DNA from: Macrostomum lignano
Taxonomy: Eukaryota
DNA: 31,434 nt
NCBI GenBank assembly: GCA_002269645.1
Contig: NIVC01001227.1
Location: 1 to 31,434, forward strand
Direction: 5' to 3'
Shown piece after piece: positions 11,701 to 26,700 of the stretch; position 1 is the stretch's first letter; the number at the start of each line of letters is the position of its first letter. Under the pieces are notes generated by a model, which was not told the origin of the DNA, did not search any database, and worked only from the letters and a program-made list of their open reading frames with translations. A program made the translations under genes and the position numbers.

Positions 11701-14700
11701 ACTGACACAGTCACCAATGCATCCTGGGTGTGTTGTTGGTGTGTCACTGACACAGTCACCAATGCATCCTGGTGTGTTGTTGGTGTGTCACTGACACAGT
11801 CACCAATGCATCCTGGGTGTGTTGTTGGTGTGTCACTGACACAGTCACCAATGCATCCTGGGTGTGTTGTTGGTGTGTCACTGACACAGTCACCAATGCA
11901 TCCTGGTGTGTTGTTGGTGTGTCACTGACACAGTCACCAATGCATCCTGGTGTGTTGTTGGTGTGTCACTGACACAGTCACCAATGCATCCTGGGTGTGT
12001 TGTTGGTGTGTCACTGACACAGTCACCAATGCATCCTGGGTGTGTTGTTGGTGTGTCACTGACACAGTCACCAATGCATCCTGGTGTGTTGTTGGTGTGT
12101 CACTGACACAGTCACCAATGCATCCTGGGTGTGTTGTTGGTGTGTCACTGACACAGTCACCAATGCATCCTGGGTGTGTTGTTGGTGTGTCACTGACACA
12201 GTCACCAATGCATCCTGGGTGTGTTGTTGGTGTGTCACTGACACAGTCACCAATGCATCCTGGGTGTGTTGTTGGTGTGTCACTGACACAGTCACCAATG
12301 CATCCTGGGTGTGTTGTTGGTGTGTCACTGACACAGTCACCAATGCATCCTGGTGTGTTGTTGGTGTGTCACTGACACAGTCACCAATGCATCCTGGGTG
12401 TGTTGTTGGTGTGTCACTGACACAGTCACCAATGCATCCTGGTGTGTTGTTGGTGTGTCACTGACACAGTCACCAATGCATCCTGGGTGTGTTGTTGGTG
12501 TGTCACTGACACAGTCACCAATGCATCCTGGTGTGTTGTTGGTGTGTCACTGACACAGTCACCAATGCATCCTGGGTGTGTTGTTGGTGTGTCACTGACA
12601 CAGTCACCAATGCATCCTGGGTGTGTTGTTGGTGTGTCACTGACACAGTCACCAATGCATCCTGGGTGTGTTGTTGGTGTGTCACTGACACAGTCACCAA
12701 TGCATCCTGGTGTGTTGTTGGTGTGTCACTGACACAGTCACCAATGCATCCTGGGTGTGTTGTTGGTGTGTCACTGACACAGTCACCAATGCATCCTGGT
12801 GTGTTGTTGGTGTGTCACTGACACAGTCACCAATGCATCCTGGGTGTGTTGTTGGTGTGTCACTGACACAGTCACCAATGCATCCTGGTGTGTTGTTGGT
12901 GTGTCACTGACACAGTCACCAATGCATCCTGGTGTGTTGTTGGTGTGTCACTGACACAGTCACCAATGCATCCTGGTGTGTTGTTGGTGTGTCACTGACA
13001 CAGTCACCAATGCATCCTGGGTGTGTTGTTGGTGTGTCACTGACACAGTCACCAATGCATCCTGGTGTGTTGTTGGTGTGTCACTGACACAGTCACCAAT
13101 GCATCCTGGGTGTGTTGTTGGTGTGTCACTGACACAGTCACCAATGCATCCTGGTGTGTTGTTGGTGTGTCACTGACACAGTCACCAATGCATCCTGGGT
13201 GTGTTGTTGGTGTGTCACTGACACAGTCACCAATGCATCCTGGGTGTGTTGTTGGTGTGTCACTGACACAGTCACCAATGCATCCTGGTGTGTTGTTGGT
13301 GTGTCACTGACACAGTCACCAATGCATCCTGGGTGTGTTGTTGGTGTGTCACTGACACAGTCACCAATGCATCCTGGGTGTGTTGTTGGTGTGTCACTGA
13401 CACAGTCACCAATGCATCCTGGGTGTGTTGTTGGTGTGTCACTGACACAGTCACCAATGCATCCTGGGTGTGTTGTTGGTGTGTCACTGACACAGTCACC
13501 AATGCATCCTGGGTGTGTTGTTGGTGTGTCACTGACACAGTCACCAATGCATCCTGGGTGTGTTGTTGGTGTGTCACTGACACAGTCACCAATGCATCCT
13601 GGTGTGTTGTTGGTGTGTCACTGACACAGTCACCAATGCATCCTGGGTGTGTTGTTGGTGTGTCACTGACACAGTCACCAATGCATCCTGGTGTGTTGTT
13701 GGTGTGTCACTGACACAGTCACCAATGCATCCTGGGTGTGTTGTTGGTGTGTCACTGACACAGTCACCAATGCATCCTGGGTGTGTTGTTGGTGTGTCAC
13801 TGACACAGTCACCAATGCATCCTGGGTGTGTTGTTGGTGTGTCACTGACACAGTCACCAATGCATCCTGGTGTGTTGTTGGTGTGTCACTGACACAGTCA
13901 CCAATGCATCCTGGGTGTGTTGTTGGTGTGTCACTGACACAGTCACCAATGCATCCTGGTGTGTTGTTGGTGTGTCACTGACACAGTCACCAATGCATCC
14001 TGGTGTGTTGTTGGTGTGTCACTGACACAGTCACCAATGCATCCTGGGTGTGTTGTTGGTGTGTCACTGACACAGTCACCAATGCATCCTGGTGTGTTGT
14101 TGGTGTGTCACTGACACAGTCACCAATGCATCCTGGTGTGTTGTTGGTGTGTCACTGACACAGTCACCAATGCATCCTGGGTGTGTTGTTGGTGTGTCAC
14201 TGACACAGTCACCAATGCATCCTGGGTGTGTTGTTGGTGTGTCACTGACACAGTCACCAATGCATCCTGGGTGTGTTGTTGGTGTGTCACTGACACAGTC
14301 ACCAATGCATCCTGGGTGTGTTGTTGGTGTGTCACTGACACAGTCACCAATGCATCCTGGTGTGTTGTTGGTGTGTCACTGACACAGTCACCAATGCATC
14401 CTGGGTGTGTTGTTGGTGTGTCACTGACACAGTCACCAATGCATCCTGGGTGTGTTGTTGGTGTGTCACTGACACAGTCACCAATGCATCCTGGTGTGTT
14501 GTTGGTGTGTCACTGACACAGTCACCAATGCATCCTGGGTGTGTTGTTGGTGTGTCACTGACACAGTCACCAATGCATCCTGGGTGTGTTGTTGGTGTGT
14601 CACTGACACAGTCACCAATGCATCCTGGTGTGTTGTTGGTGTGTCACTGACACAGTCACCAATGCATCCTGGGTGTGTTGTTGGTGTGTCACTGACACAG

Positions 14701-17700
14701 TCACCAATGCATCCTGGTGTGTTGTTGGTGTGTCACTGACACAGTCACCAATGCATCCTGGGTGTGTTGTTGGTGTGTCACTGACACAGTCACCAATGCA
14801 TCCTGGTGTGTTGTTGGTGTGTCACTGACACAGTCACCAATGCATCCTGGTGTGTTGTTGGTGTGTCACTGACACAGTCACCAATGCATCCTGGGTGTGT
14901 TGTTGGTGTGTCACTGACACAGTCACCAATGCATCCTGGGTGTGTTGTTGGTGTGTCACTGACACAGTCACCAATGCATCCTGGGTGTGTTGTTGGTGTG
15001 TCACTGACACAGTCACCAATGCATCCTGGTGTGTTGTTGGTGTGTCACTGACACAGTCACCAATGCATCCTGGGTGTGTTGTTGGTGTGTCACTGACACA
15101 GTCACCAATGCATCCTGGGTGTGTTGTTGGTGTGTCACTGACACAGTCACCAATGCATCCTGGTGTGTTGTTGGTGTGTCACTGACACAGTCACCAATGC
15201 ATCCTGGGTGTGTTGTTGGTGTGTCACTGACACAGTCACCAATGCATCCTGGTGTGTTGTTGGTGTGTCACTGACACAGTCACCAATGCATCCTGGGTGT
15301 GTTGTTGGTGTGTCACTGACACAGTCACCAATGCATCCTGGTGTGTTGTTGGTGTGTCACTGACACAGTCACCAATGCATCCTGGGTGTGTTGTTGGTGT
15401 GTCACTGACACAGTCACCAATGCATCCTGGGTGTGTTGTTGGTGTGTCACTGACACAGTCACCAATGCATCCTGGTGTGTTGTTGGTGTGTCACTGACAC
15501 AGTCACCAATGCATCCTGGTGTGTTGTTGGTGTGTCACTGACACAGTCACCAATGCATCCTGGTGTGTTGTTGGTGTGTCACTGACACAGTCACCAATGC
15601 ATCCTGGGTGTGTTGTTGGTGTGTCACTGACACAGTCACCAATGCATCCTGGGTGTGTTGTTGGTGTGTCACTGACACAGTCACCAATGCATCCTGGGTG
15701 TGTTGTTGGTGTGTCACTGACACAGTCACCAATGCATCCTGGGTGTGTTGTTGGTGTGTCACTGACACAGTCACCAATGCATCCTGGGTGTGTTGTTGGT
15801 GTGTCACTGACACAGTCACCAATGCATCCTGGGTGTGTTGTTGGTGTGTCACTGACACAGTCACCAATGCATCCTGGTGTGTTGTTGGTGTGTCACTGAC
15901 ACAGTCACCAATGCATCCTGGTGTGTTGTTGGTGTGTCACTGACACAGTCACCAATGCATCCTGGTGTGTTGTTGGTGTGTCACTGACACAGTCACCAAT
16001 GCATCCTGGTGTGTTGTTGGTGTGTCACTGACACAGTCACCAATGCATCCTGGGTGTGTTGTTGGTGTGTCACTGACACAGTCACCAATGCATCCTGGTG
16101 TGTTGTTGGTGTGTCACTGACACAGTCACCAATGCATCCTGGGTGTGTTGTTGGTGTGTCACTGACACAGTCACCAATGCATCCTGGGTGTGTTGTTGGT
16201 GTGTCACTGACACAGTCACCAATGCATCCTGGTGTGTTGTTGGTGTGTCACTGACACAGTCACCAATGCATCCTGGTGTGTTGTTGGTGTGTCACTGACA
16301 CAGTCACCAATGCATCCTGGTGTGTTGTTGGTGTGTCACTGACACAGTCACCAATGCATCCTGGTGTGTTGTTGGTGTGTCACTGACACAGTCACCAATG
16401 CATCCTGGGTGTGTTGTTGGTGTGTCACTGACACAGTCACCAATGCATCCTGGGTGTGTTGTTGGTGTGTCACTGACACAGTCACCAATGCATCCTGGGT
16501 GTGTTGTTGGTGTGTCACTGACACAGTCACCAATGCATCCTGGTGTGTTGTTGGTGTGTCACTGACACAGTCACCAATGCATCCTGGTGTGTTGTTGGTG
16601 TGTCACTGACACAGTCACCAATGCATCCTGGGTGTGTTGTTGGTGTGTCACTGACACAGTCACCAATGCATCCTGGTGTGTTGTTGGTGTGTCACTGACA
16701 CAGTCACCAATGCATCCTGGTGTGTTGTTGGTGTGTCACTGACACAGTCACCAATGCATCCTGGGTGTGTTGTTGGTGTGTCACTGACACAGTCACCAAT
16801 GCATCCTGGGTGTGTTGTTGGTGTGTCACTGACACAGTCACCAATGCATCCTGGGTGTGTTGTTGGTGTGTCACTGACACAGTCACCAATGCATCCTGGT
16901 GTGTTGTTGGTGTGTCACTGACACAGTCACCAATGCATCCTGGGTGTGTTGTTGGTGTGTCACTGACACAGTCACCAATGCATCCTGGTGTGTTGTTGGT
17001 GTGTCACTGACACAGTCACCAATGCATCCTGGTGTGTTGTTGGTGTGTCACTGACACAGTCACCAATGCATCCTGGGTGTGTTGTTGGTGTGTCACTGAC
17101 ACAGTCACCAATGCATCCTGGTGTGTTGTTGGTGTGTCACTGACACAGTCACCAATGCATCCTGGTGTGTTGTTGGTGTGTCACTGACACAGTCACCAAT
17201 GCATCCTGGTGTGTTGTTGGTGTGTCACTGACACAGTCACCAATGCATCCTGGGTGTGTTGTTGGTGTGTCACTGACACAGTCACCAATGCATCCTGGTG
17301 TGTTGTTGGTGTGTCACTGACACAGTCACCAATGCATCCTGGTGTGTTGTTGGTGTGTCACTGACACAGTCACCAATGCATCCTGGTGTGTTGTTGGTGT
17401 GTCACTGACACAGTCACCAATGCATCCTGGGTGTGTTGTTGGTGTGTCACTGACACAGTCACCAATGCATCCTGGGTGTGTTGTTGGTGTGTCACTGACA
17501 CAGTCACCAATGCATCCTGGTGTGTTGTTGGTGTGTCACTGACACAGTCACCAATGCATCCTGGTGTGTTGTTGGTGTGTCACTGACACAGTCACCAATG
17601 CATCCTGGGTGTGTTGTTGGTGTGTCACTGACACAGTCACCAATGCATCCTGGGTGTGTTGTTGGTGTGTCACTGACACAGTCACCAATGCATCCTGGTG

Positions 17701-20700
17701 TGTTGTTGGTGTGTCACTGACACAGTCACCAATGCATCCTGGGTGTGTTGTTGGTGTGTCACTGACACAGTCACCAATGCATCCTGGGTGTGTTGTTGGT
17801 GTGTCACTGACACAGTCACCAATGCATCCTGGTGTGTTGTTGGTGTGTCACTGACACAGTCACCAATGCATCCTGGGTGTGTTGTTGGTGTGTCACTGAC
17901 ACAGTCACCAATGCATCCTGGGTGTGTTGTTGGTGTGTCACTGACACAGTCACCAATGCATCCTGGTGTGTTGTTGGTGTGTCACTGACACAGTCACCAA
18001 TGCATCCTGGGTGTGTTGTTGGTGTGTCACTGACACAGTCACCAATGCATCCTGGTGTGTTGTTGGTGTGTCACTGACACAGTCACCAATGCATCCTGGG
18101 TGTGTTGTTGGTGTGTCACTGACACAGTCACCAATGCATCCTGGGTGTGTTGTTGGTGTGTCACTGACACAGTCACCAATGCATCCTGGGTGTGTTGTTG
18201 GTGTGTCACTGACACAGTCACCAATGCATCCTGGTGTGTTGTTGGTGTGTCACTGACACAGTCACCAATGCATCCTGGGTGTGTTGTTGGTGTGTCACTG
18301 ACACAGTCACCAATGCATCCTGGGTGTGTTGTTGGTGTGTCACTGACACAGTCACCAATGCATCCTGGGTGTGTTGTTGGTGTGTCACTGACACAGTCAC
18401 CAATGCATCCTGGTGTGTTGTTGGTGTGTCACTGACACAGTCACCAATGCATCCTGGGTGTGTTGTTGGTGTGTCACTGACACAGTCACCAATGCATCCT
18501 GGGTGTGTTGTTGGTGTGTCACTGACACAGTCACCAATGCATCCTGGTGTGTTGTTGGTGTGTCACTGACACAGTCACCAATGCATCCTGGGTGTGTTGT
18601 TGGTGTGTCACTGACACAGTCACCAATGCATCCTGGGTGTGTTGTTGGTGTGTCACTGACACAGTCACCAATGCATCCTGGGTGTGTTGTTGGTGTGTCA
18701 CTGACACAGTCACCAATGCATCCTGGTGTGTTGTTGGTGTGTCACTGACACAGTCACCAATGCATCCTGGGTGTGTTGTTGGTGTGTCACTGACACAGTC
18801 ACCAATGCATCCTGGGTGTGTTGTTGGTGTGTCACTGACACAGTCACCAATGCATCCTGGGTGTGTTGTTGGTGTGTCACTGACACAGTCACCAATGCAT
18901 CCTGGTGTGTTGTTGGTGTGTCACTGACACAGTCACCAATGCATCCTGGGTGTGTTGTTGGTGTGTCACTGACACAGTCACCAATGCATCCTGGTGTGTT
19001 GTTGGTGTGTCACTGACACAGTCACCAATGCATCCTGGTGTGTTGTTGGTGTGTCACTGACACAGTCACCAATGCATCCTGGTGTGTTGTTGGTGTGTCA
19101 CTGACACAGTCACCAATGCATCCTGGTGTGTTGTTGGTGTGTCACTGACACAGTCACCAATGCATCCTGGGTGTGTTGTTGGTGTGTCACTGACACAGTC
19201 ACCAATGCATCCTGGGTGTGTTGTTGGTGTGTCACTGACACAGTCACCAATGCATCCTGGTGTGTTGTTGGTGTGTCACTGACACAGTCACCAATGCATC
19301 CTGGGTGTGTTGTTGGTGTGTCACTGACACAGTCACCAATGCATCCTGGGTGTGTTGTTGGTGTGTCACTGACACAGTCACCAATGCATCCTGGTGTGTT
19401 GTTGGTGTGTCACTGACACAGTCACCAATGCATCCTGGGTGTGTTGTTGGTGTGTCACTGACACAGTCACCAATGCATCCTGGGTGTGTTGTTGGTGTGT
19501 CACTGACACAGTCACCAATGCATCCTGGTGTGTTGTTGGTGTGTCACTGACACAGTCACCAATGCATCCTGGTGTGTTGTTGGTGTGTCACTGACACAGT
19601 CACCAATGCATCCTGGTGTGTTGTTGGTGTGTCACTGACACAGTCACCAATGCATCCTGGGTGTGTTGTTGGTGTGTCACTGACACAGTCACCAATGCAT
19701 CCTGGTGTGTTGTTGGTGTGTCACTGACACAGTCACCAATGCATCCTGGTGTGTTGTTGGTGTGTCACTGACACAGTCACCAATGCATCCTGGGTGTGTT
19801 GTTGGTGTGTCACTGACACAGTCACCAATGCATCCTGGTGTGTTGTTGGTGTGTCACTGACACAGTCACCAATGCATCCTGGGTGTGTTGTTGGTGTGTC
19901 ACTGACACAGTCACCAATGCATCCTGGTGTGTTGTTGGTGTGTCACTGACACAGTCACCAATGCATCCTGGTGTGTTGTTGGTGTGTCACTGACACAGTC
20001 ACCAATGCATCCTGGTGTGTTGTTGGTGTGTCACTGACACAGTCACCAATGCATCCTGGTGTGTTGTTGGTGTGTCACTGACACAGTCACCAATGCATCC
20101 TGGGTGTGTTGTTGGTGTGTCACTGACACAGTCACCAATGCATCCTGGGTGTGTGTTGGTGTGTCACTGACACAGTCACCAATGCATCCTGGGTGTGTTG
20201 TTGGTGTGTCACTGACACAGTCACCAATGCATCCTGGTGTGTTGTTGGTGTGTCACTGACACAGTCACCAATGCATCCTGGTGTGTTGTTGGTGTGTCAC
20301 TGACACAGTCACCAATGCATCCTGGTGTGTTGTTGGTGTGTCACTGACACAGTCACCAATGCATCCTGGTGTGTTGTTGGTGTGTCACTGACACAGTCAC
20401 CAATGCATCCTGGGTGTGTTGTTGGTGTGTCACTGACACAGTCACCAATGCATCCTGGTGTGTTGTTGGTGTGTCACTGACACAGTCACCAATGCATCCT
20501 GGTGTGTTGTTGGTGTGTCACTGACACAGTCACCAATGCATCCTGGTGTGTTGTTGGTGTGTCACTGACACAGTCACCAATGCATCCTGGGTGTGTTGTT
20601 GGTGTGTCACTGACACAGTCACCAATGCATCCTGGGTGTGTTGTTGGTGTGTCACTGACACAGTCACCAATGCATCCTGGTGTGTTGTTGGTGTGTCACT

Positions 20701-23700
20701 GACACAGTCACCAATGCATCCTGGTGTGTTGTTGGTGTGTCACTGACACAGTCACCAATGCATCCTGGTGTGTTGTTGGTGTGTCACTGACACAGTCACC
20801 AATGCATCCTGGTGTGTTGTTGGTGTGTCACTGACACAGTCACCAATGCATCCTGGGTGTGTTGTTGGTGTGTCACTGACACAGTCACCAATGCATCCTG
20901 GGTGTGTTGTTGGTGTGTCACTGACACAGTCACCAATGCATCCTGGGTGTGTTGTTGGTGTGTCACTGACACAGTCACCAATGCATCCTGGGTGTGTTGT
21001 TGGTGTGTCACTGACACAGTCACCAATGCATCCTGGGTGTGTTGTTGGTGTGTCACTGACACAGTCACCAATGCATCCTGGGTGTGTTGTTGGTGTGTCA
21101 CTGACACAGTCACCAATGCATCCTGGGTGTGTTGTTGGTGTGTCACTGACACAGTCACCAATGCATCCTGGGTGTGTTGTTGGTGTGTCACTGACACAGT
21201 CACCAATGCATCCTGGTGTGTTGTTGGTGTGTCACTGACACAGTCACCAATGCATCCTGGTGTGTTGTTGGTGTGTCACTGACACAGTCACCAATGCATC
21301 CTGGGTGTGTTGTTGGTGTGTCACTGACACAGTCACCAATGCATCCTGGTGTGTTGTTGGTGTGTCACTGACACAGTCACCAATGCATCCTGGTGTGTTG
21401 TTGGTGTGTCACTGACACAGTCACCAATGCATCCTGGGTGTGTTGTTGGTGTGTCACTGACACAGTCACCAATGCATCCTGGTGTGTTGTTGGTGTGTCA
21501 CTGACACAGTCACCAATGCATCCTGGGTGTGTTGTTGGTGTGTCACTGACACAGTCACCAATGCATCCTGGGTGTGTTGTTGGTGTGTCACTGACACAGT
21601 CACCACTGCATCCTGGATGTGTTGTTGGTGTGTCACTGACACAGTCACCAATGCATCCTGGTGTGTTGTTGGTGTGTCACTGACACAGTCACCATCCTGG
21701 ATGTGTTGTTGGTGTGTCACTGACACAGTCACCAATGCATCCTGGTGTGTTGTTGGTGTGTCACTGACACAGTCACCAATGCATCCTGGGTGTGTTGTTG
21801 GTGTGTCACTGACACAGTCACCAATGCATCCTGGGTGTGTTGTTGGTGTGTCACTGACACAGTCACCAATGCATCCTGGGTGTGTTGTTGGTGTGTCACT
21901 GACACAGTCACCAATGCATCCTGGGTGTGTTGTTGGTGTGTCACTGACACAGTCACCAATGCATCCTGGTGTGTTGTTGGTGTGTCACTGACACAGTCAC
22001 CAATGCATCCTGGGTGTTGTTGGTGTGTCACTGACACAGTCACCAATGCATCCTGGTGTGTTGTTGGTGTGTCACTGACACAGTCACCAATGCATCCTGG
22101 GTGTGTTGTTGGTGTGTCACTGACACAGTCACCAATGCATCCTGGTGTGTTGTTGGTGTGTCACTGACACAGTCACCAATGCATCCTGGTGTGTTGTTGG
22201 TGTGTCACTGACACAGTCACCAATGCATCCTGGGTGTGTTGTTGGTGTGTCACTGACACAGTCACCAATGCATCCTGGTGTGTTGTTGGTGTGTCACTGA
22301 CACAGTCACCAATGCATCCTGGTGTGTTGTTGGTGTGTCACTGACACAGTCACCAATGCATCCTGGGTGTGTTGTTGGTGTGTCACTGACACAGTCACCA
22401 ATGCATCCTGGTGTGTTGTTGGTGTGTCACTGACACAGTCACCAATGCATCCTGGGTGTGTTGTTGGTGTGTCACTGACACAGTCACCAATGCATCCTGG
22501 ATGTGTTGTTGGTGTGTCACTGACACAGTCACCAATGCATCCTGGTGTGTTGTTGGTGTGTCACTGACACAGTCACCAATGCATCCTGGTGTGTTGTTGG
22601 TGTGTCACTGACACAGTCACCAATACATCCTGGTGTGTTGTTGGTGTGTCACTGACACAGTCACCAATGCATCCTGGTGTGTTGTTGGTGTGTCACTGAC
22701 ACAGTCACCAATGCATCCTGGGTGTGTTGTTGGTGTGTCACTGACACAGTCACCAATGCATCCTGGTGTGTTGTTGGTGTGTCACTGACACAGTCACCAA
22801 TGCATCCTGGGTGTGTTGTTGGTGTGTCACTGACACAGTCACCAATGCATCCTGGGTGTGTTGTTGGTGTGTCACTGACACAGTCACCAATGCATCCTGG
22901 TGTGTTGTTGGTGTGTCACTGACACAGTCACCAATGCATCCTGGGTGTGTTGTTGGTGTGTCACTGACACAGTCACCAATGCATCCTGGGTGTGTTGTTG
23001 GTGTGTCACTGACACAGTCACCAATGCATCCTGGGTGTGTTGTTGGTGTGTCACTGACACAGTCACCAATGCATCCTGGGTGTGTTGTTGGTGTGTCACT
23101 GACACAGTCACCAATGCATCCTGGGTGTGTTGTTGGTGTGTCACTGACACAGTCACCAATGCATCCTGGGTGTGTTGTTGGTGTGTCACTGACACAGTCA
23201 CCAATGCATCCTGGGTGTGTTGTTGGTGTGTCACTGACACAGTCACCAATGCATCCTGGTGTGTTGTTGGTGTGTCACTGACACAGTCACCAATGCATCC
23301 TGGGTGTGTTGTTGGTGTGTCACTGACACAGTCACCAATGCATCCTGGGTGTGTTGTTGGTGTGTCACTGACACAGTCACCAATGCATCCTGGTGTGTTG
23401 TTGGTGTGTCACTGACACAGTCACCAATGCATCCTGGTGTGTGTTGGTGTGTCACTGACACAGTCACCAATGCATCCTGGGTGTGTTGTTGGTGTGTCAC
23501 TGACACAGTCACCAATGCATCCTGGTGTGTTGTTGGTGTGTCACTGACACAGTCACCAATGCATCCTGGGTGTGTTGTTGGTGTGTCACTGACACAGTCA
23601 CCAATGCATCCTGGATGTGTTGTTGGTGTGTCACTGACACAGTCACCAATGCATCCTGGTGTGTTGTTGGTGTGTCACTGACACAGTCACCAATGCATCC

Positions 23701-26700
23701 TGGTGTGTTGTTGGTGTGTCACTGACACAGTCACCAATGCATCCTGGTGTGTTGTTGGTGTGTCACTGACACAGTCACCAATGCATCCTGGTGTGTTGTT
23801 GGTGTGTCACTGACACAGTCACCAATGCATCCTGGGTGTGTTGTTGGTGTGTCACTGACACAGTCACCAATGCATCCTGGGTGTGTTGTTGGTGTGTCAC
23901 TGACACAGTCACCAATGCATCCTGGTGTGTTGTTGGTGTGTCACTGACACAGTCACCAATGCATCCTGGGTGTGTTGTTGGTGTGTCACTGACACAGTCA
24001 CCAATGCATCCTGGGTGTGTTGTTGGTGTGTCACTGACACAGTCACCAATGCATCCTGGTGTGTTGTTGGTGTGTCACTGACACAGTCACCAATGCATCC
24101 TGGGTGTGTTGTTGGTGTGTCACTGACACAGTCACCAATGCATCCTGGGTGTGTTGTTGGTGTGTCACTGACACAGTCACCAATGCATCCTGGGTGTGTT
24201 GTTGGTGTGTCACTGACACAGTCACCAATGCATCCTGGGTGTGTTGTTGGTGTGTCACTGACACAGTCACCAATGCATCCTGGGTGTGTTGTTGGTGTGT
24301 CACTGACACAGTCACCAATGCATCCTGGTGTGTTGTTGGTGTGTCACTGACACAGTCACCAATGCATCCTGGTGTGTTGTTGGTGTGTCACTGACACAGT
24401 CACCAATGCATCCTGGTGTGTTGTTGGTGTGTCACTGACACAGTCACCAATGCATCCTGGTGTGTTGTTGGTGTGTCACTGACACAGTCACCAATGCATC
24501 CTGGGTGTGTTGTTGGTGTGTCACTGACACAGTCACCAATGCATCCTGGGTGTGTTGTTGGTGTGTCACTGACACAGTCACCAATGCATCCTGGTGTGTT
24601 GTTGGTGTGTCACTGACACAGTCACCAATGCATCCTGGGTGTGTTGTTGGTGTGTCACTGACACAGTCACCAATGCATCCTGGGTGTGTTGTTGGTGTGT
24701 CACTGACACAGTCACCAATGCATCCTGGTGTGTTGTTGGTGTGTCACTGACACAGTCACCAATGCATCCTGGATGTGTTGTTGGTGTGTCACTGACACAG
24801 TCACCAATGCATCCTGGGTGTGTTGTTGGTGTGTCACTGACACAGTCACCAATGCATCCTGGGTGTGTGTTGGTGTGTCACTGACACAGTCACCAATGCA
24901 TCCTGGTGTGTTGTTGGTGTGTCACTGACACAGTCACCAATGCATCCTGGTGTGTTGTTGGTGTGTCACTGACACAGTCACCAATGCATCCTGGTGTGTT
25001 GTTGGTGTGTCACTGACACAGTCACCAATGCATCCTGGGTGTGTTGTTGGTGTGTCACTGACACAGTCACCAATGCATCCTGGGTGTGTGTTGGTGTGTC
25101 ACTGACACAGTCACCAATACATCCTGGATGTGTTGTTGGTGTGTCACTGACACAGTCACCAATGCATCCTGGGTGTGTTGTTGGTGTGTCACTGACACAG
25201 TCACCAATGCATCCTGGGTGTGCTGTTGGTGTGTCACTGACACAGTCACCAATGCATCCTGGGTGTGTTGTTGGTGTGTCACTGACACAGTCACCAATGC
25301 ATCCTGGTGTGTTGTTGGTGTGTCACTGACACAGTCACCAATGCATCCTGGTGTGTGTTGGTGTGTCACTGACACAGTCACCAATGCATCCTGGGTGTGT
25401 TGTTGGTGTGTCACTGACACAGTCACCAATGCATCCTGGATGTGTTGTTGGTGTGTCACTGACACAGTCACCATGCATCCTGGATGTGTTGTTGGTGTGT
25501 CACTGACACAGTCACCATGCATCCTGGTGTGTTGTTGGTGTGTCACTGACACAGTCACCACTACATCCTGGATGTGTTGTTGGTGTGTCACTGACACAGT
25601 CACCAATGCATCCTGGTGTGTTGTTGGTGTGTCACTGACACAGTCACCAATGCATCCTGGATGTGTTGTTGGTGTGTCACTGACACAGTCACCTACATCC
25701 TGGTGTGTTGTTGGTGTGTCACTGACACAGTCACCAATGCATCCTGGTGTGTTGTTGGTGTGTCACTGACACAGTCACCACTACATCCTGGATGTGTTGT
25801 TGGTGTGTCACTGACACAGTCACCAATGCATCCTGGGTGTGTTGTTGGTGTGTCACTGACACAGTCACCAATGCATCCTGGTGTGTTGTTGGTGTGTCAC
25901 TGACACAGTCACCACTACATCCTGGATGTGTTGTTGGTGTGTCACTGACACAGTCACCAATGCATCCTGGATGTGTTGTTGGTGTGTCACTGACACAGTC
26001 ACCAATGCATCCTGGGTGTGTTGTTGGTGTGTCACTGACACAGTCACCAATGCATCCTGGTGTGTTGTTGGTGTGTCACTGACACAGTCACCAATGCATC
26101 CTGGTGTGTTGTTGGTGTGTCACTGACACAGTCACCAATGCATCCTGGGTGTGTTGTTGGTGTGTCACTGACACAGTCACCAACATCCTGGTGTGTTGTT
26201 GGTGTGTCACTGACACAGTCACCAATGCATCCTGGTGTGTTGTTGGTGTGTCACTGACACAGTCACCAATGCATCCTGGATGTGTTGTTGGTGTGTCACT
26301 GACACAGTCACCACTACATCCTGGATGTGTTGTTGGTGTGTCACTGACACAGTCACCAATGCATCCTGGGTGTGCTGTTGGTGTGTCACTGACACAGTCA
26401 CCAATGCATCCTGGGTGTGTTGTTGGTGTGTCACTGACACAGTCACCAATGCATCCTGGATGTGTTGTTGGTGTGTCACTGACACAGTCACCAATGCATC
26501 CTGGTGTGTTGTTGGTGTGTCACTGACACAGTCACCAATGCATCCTGGTGTGTTGTTGGTGTGTCACTGACACAGTCACCAATGCATCCTGGGTGTGTTG
26601 TTGGTGTGTCACTGACACAGTCACCAATGCATCCTGGGTGTGCTGTTGGTGTGTCACTGACACAGTCACCAATGCATCCTGGGTTTGCTGTTGGTGTGTC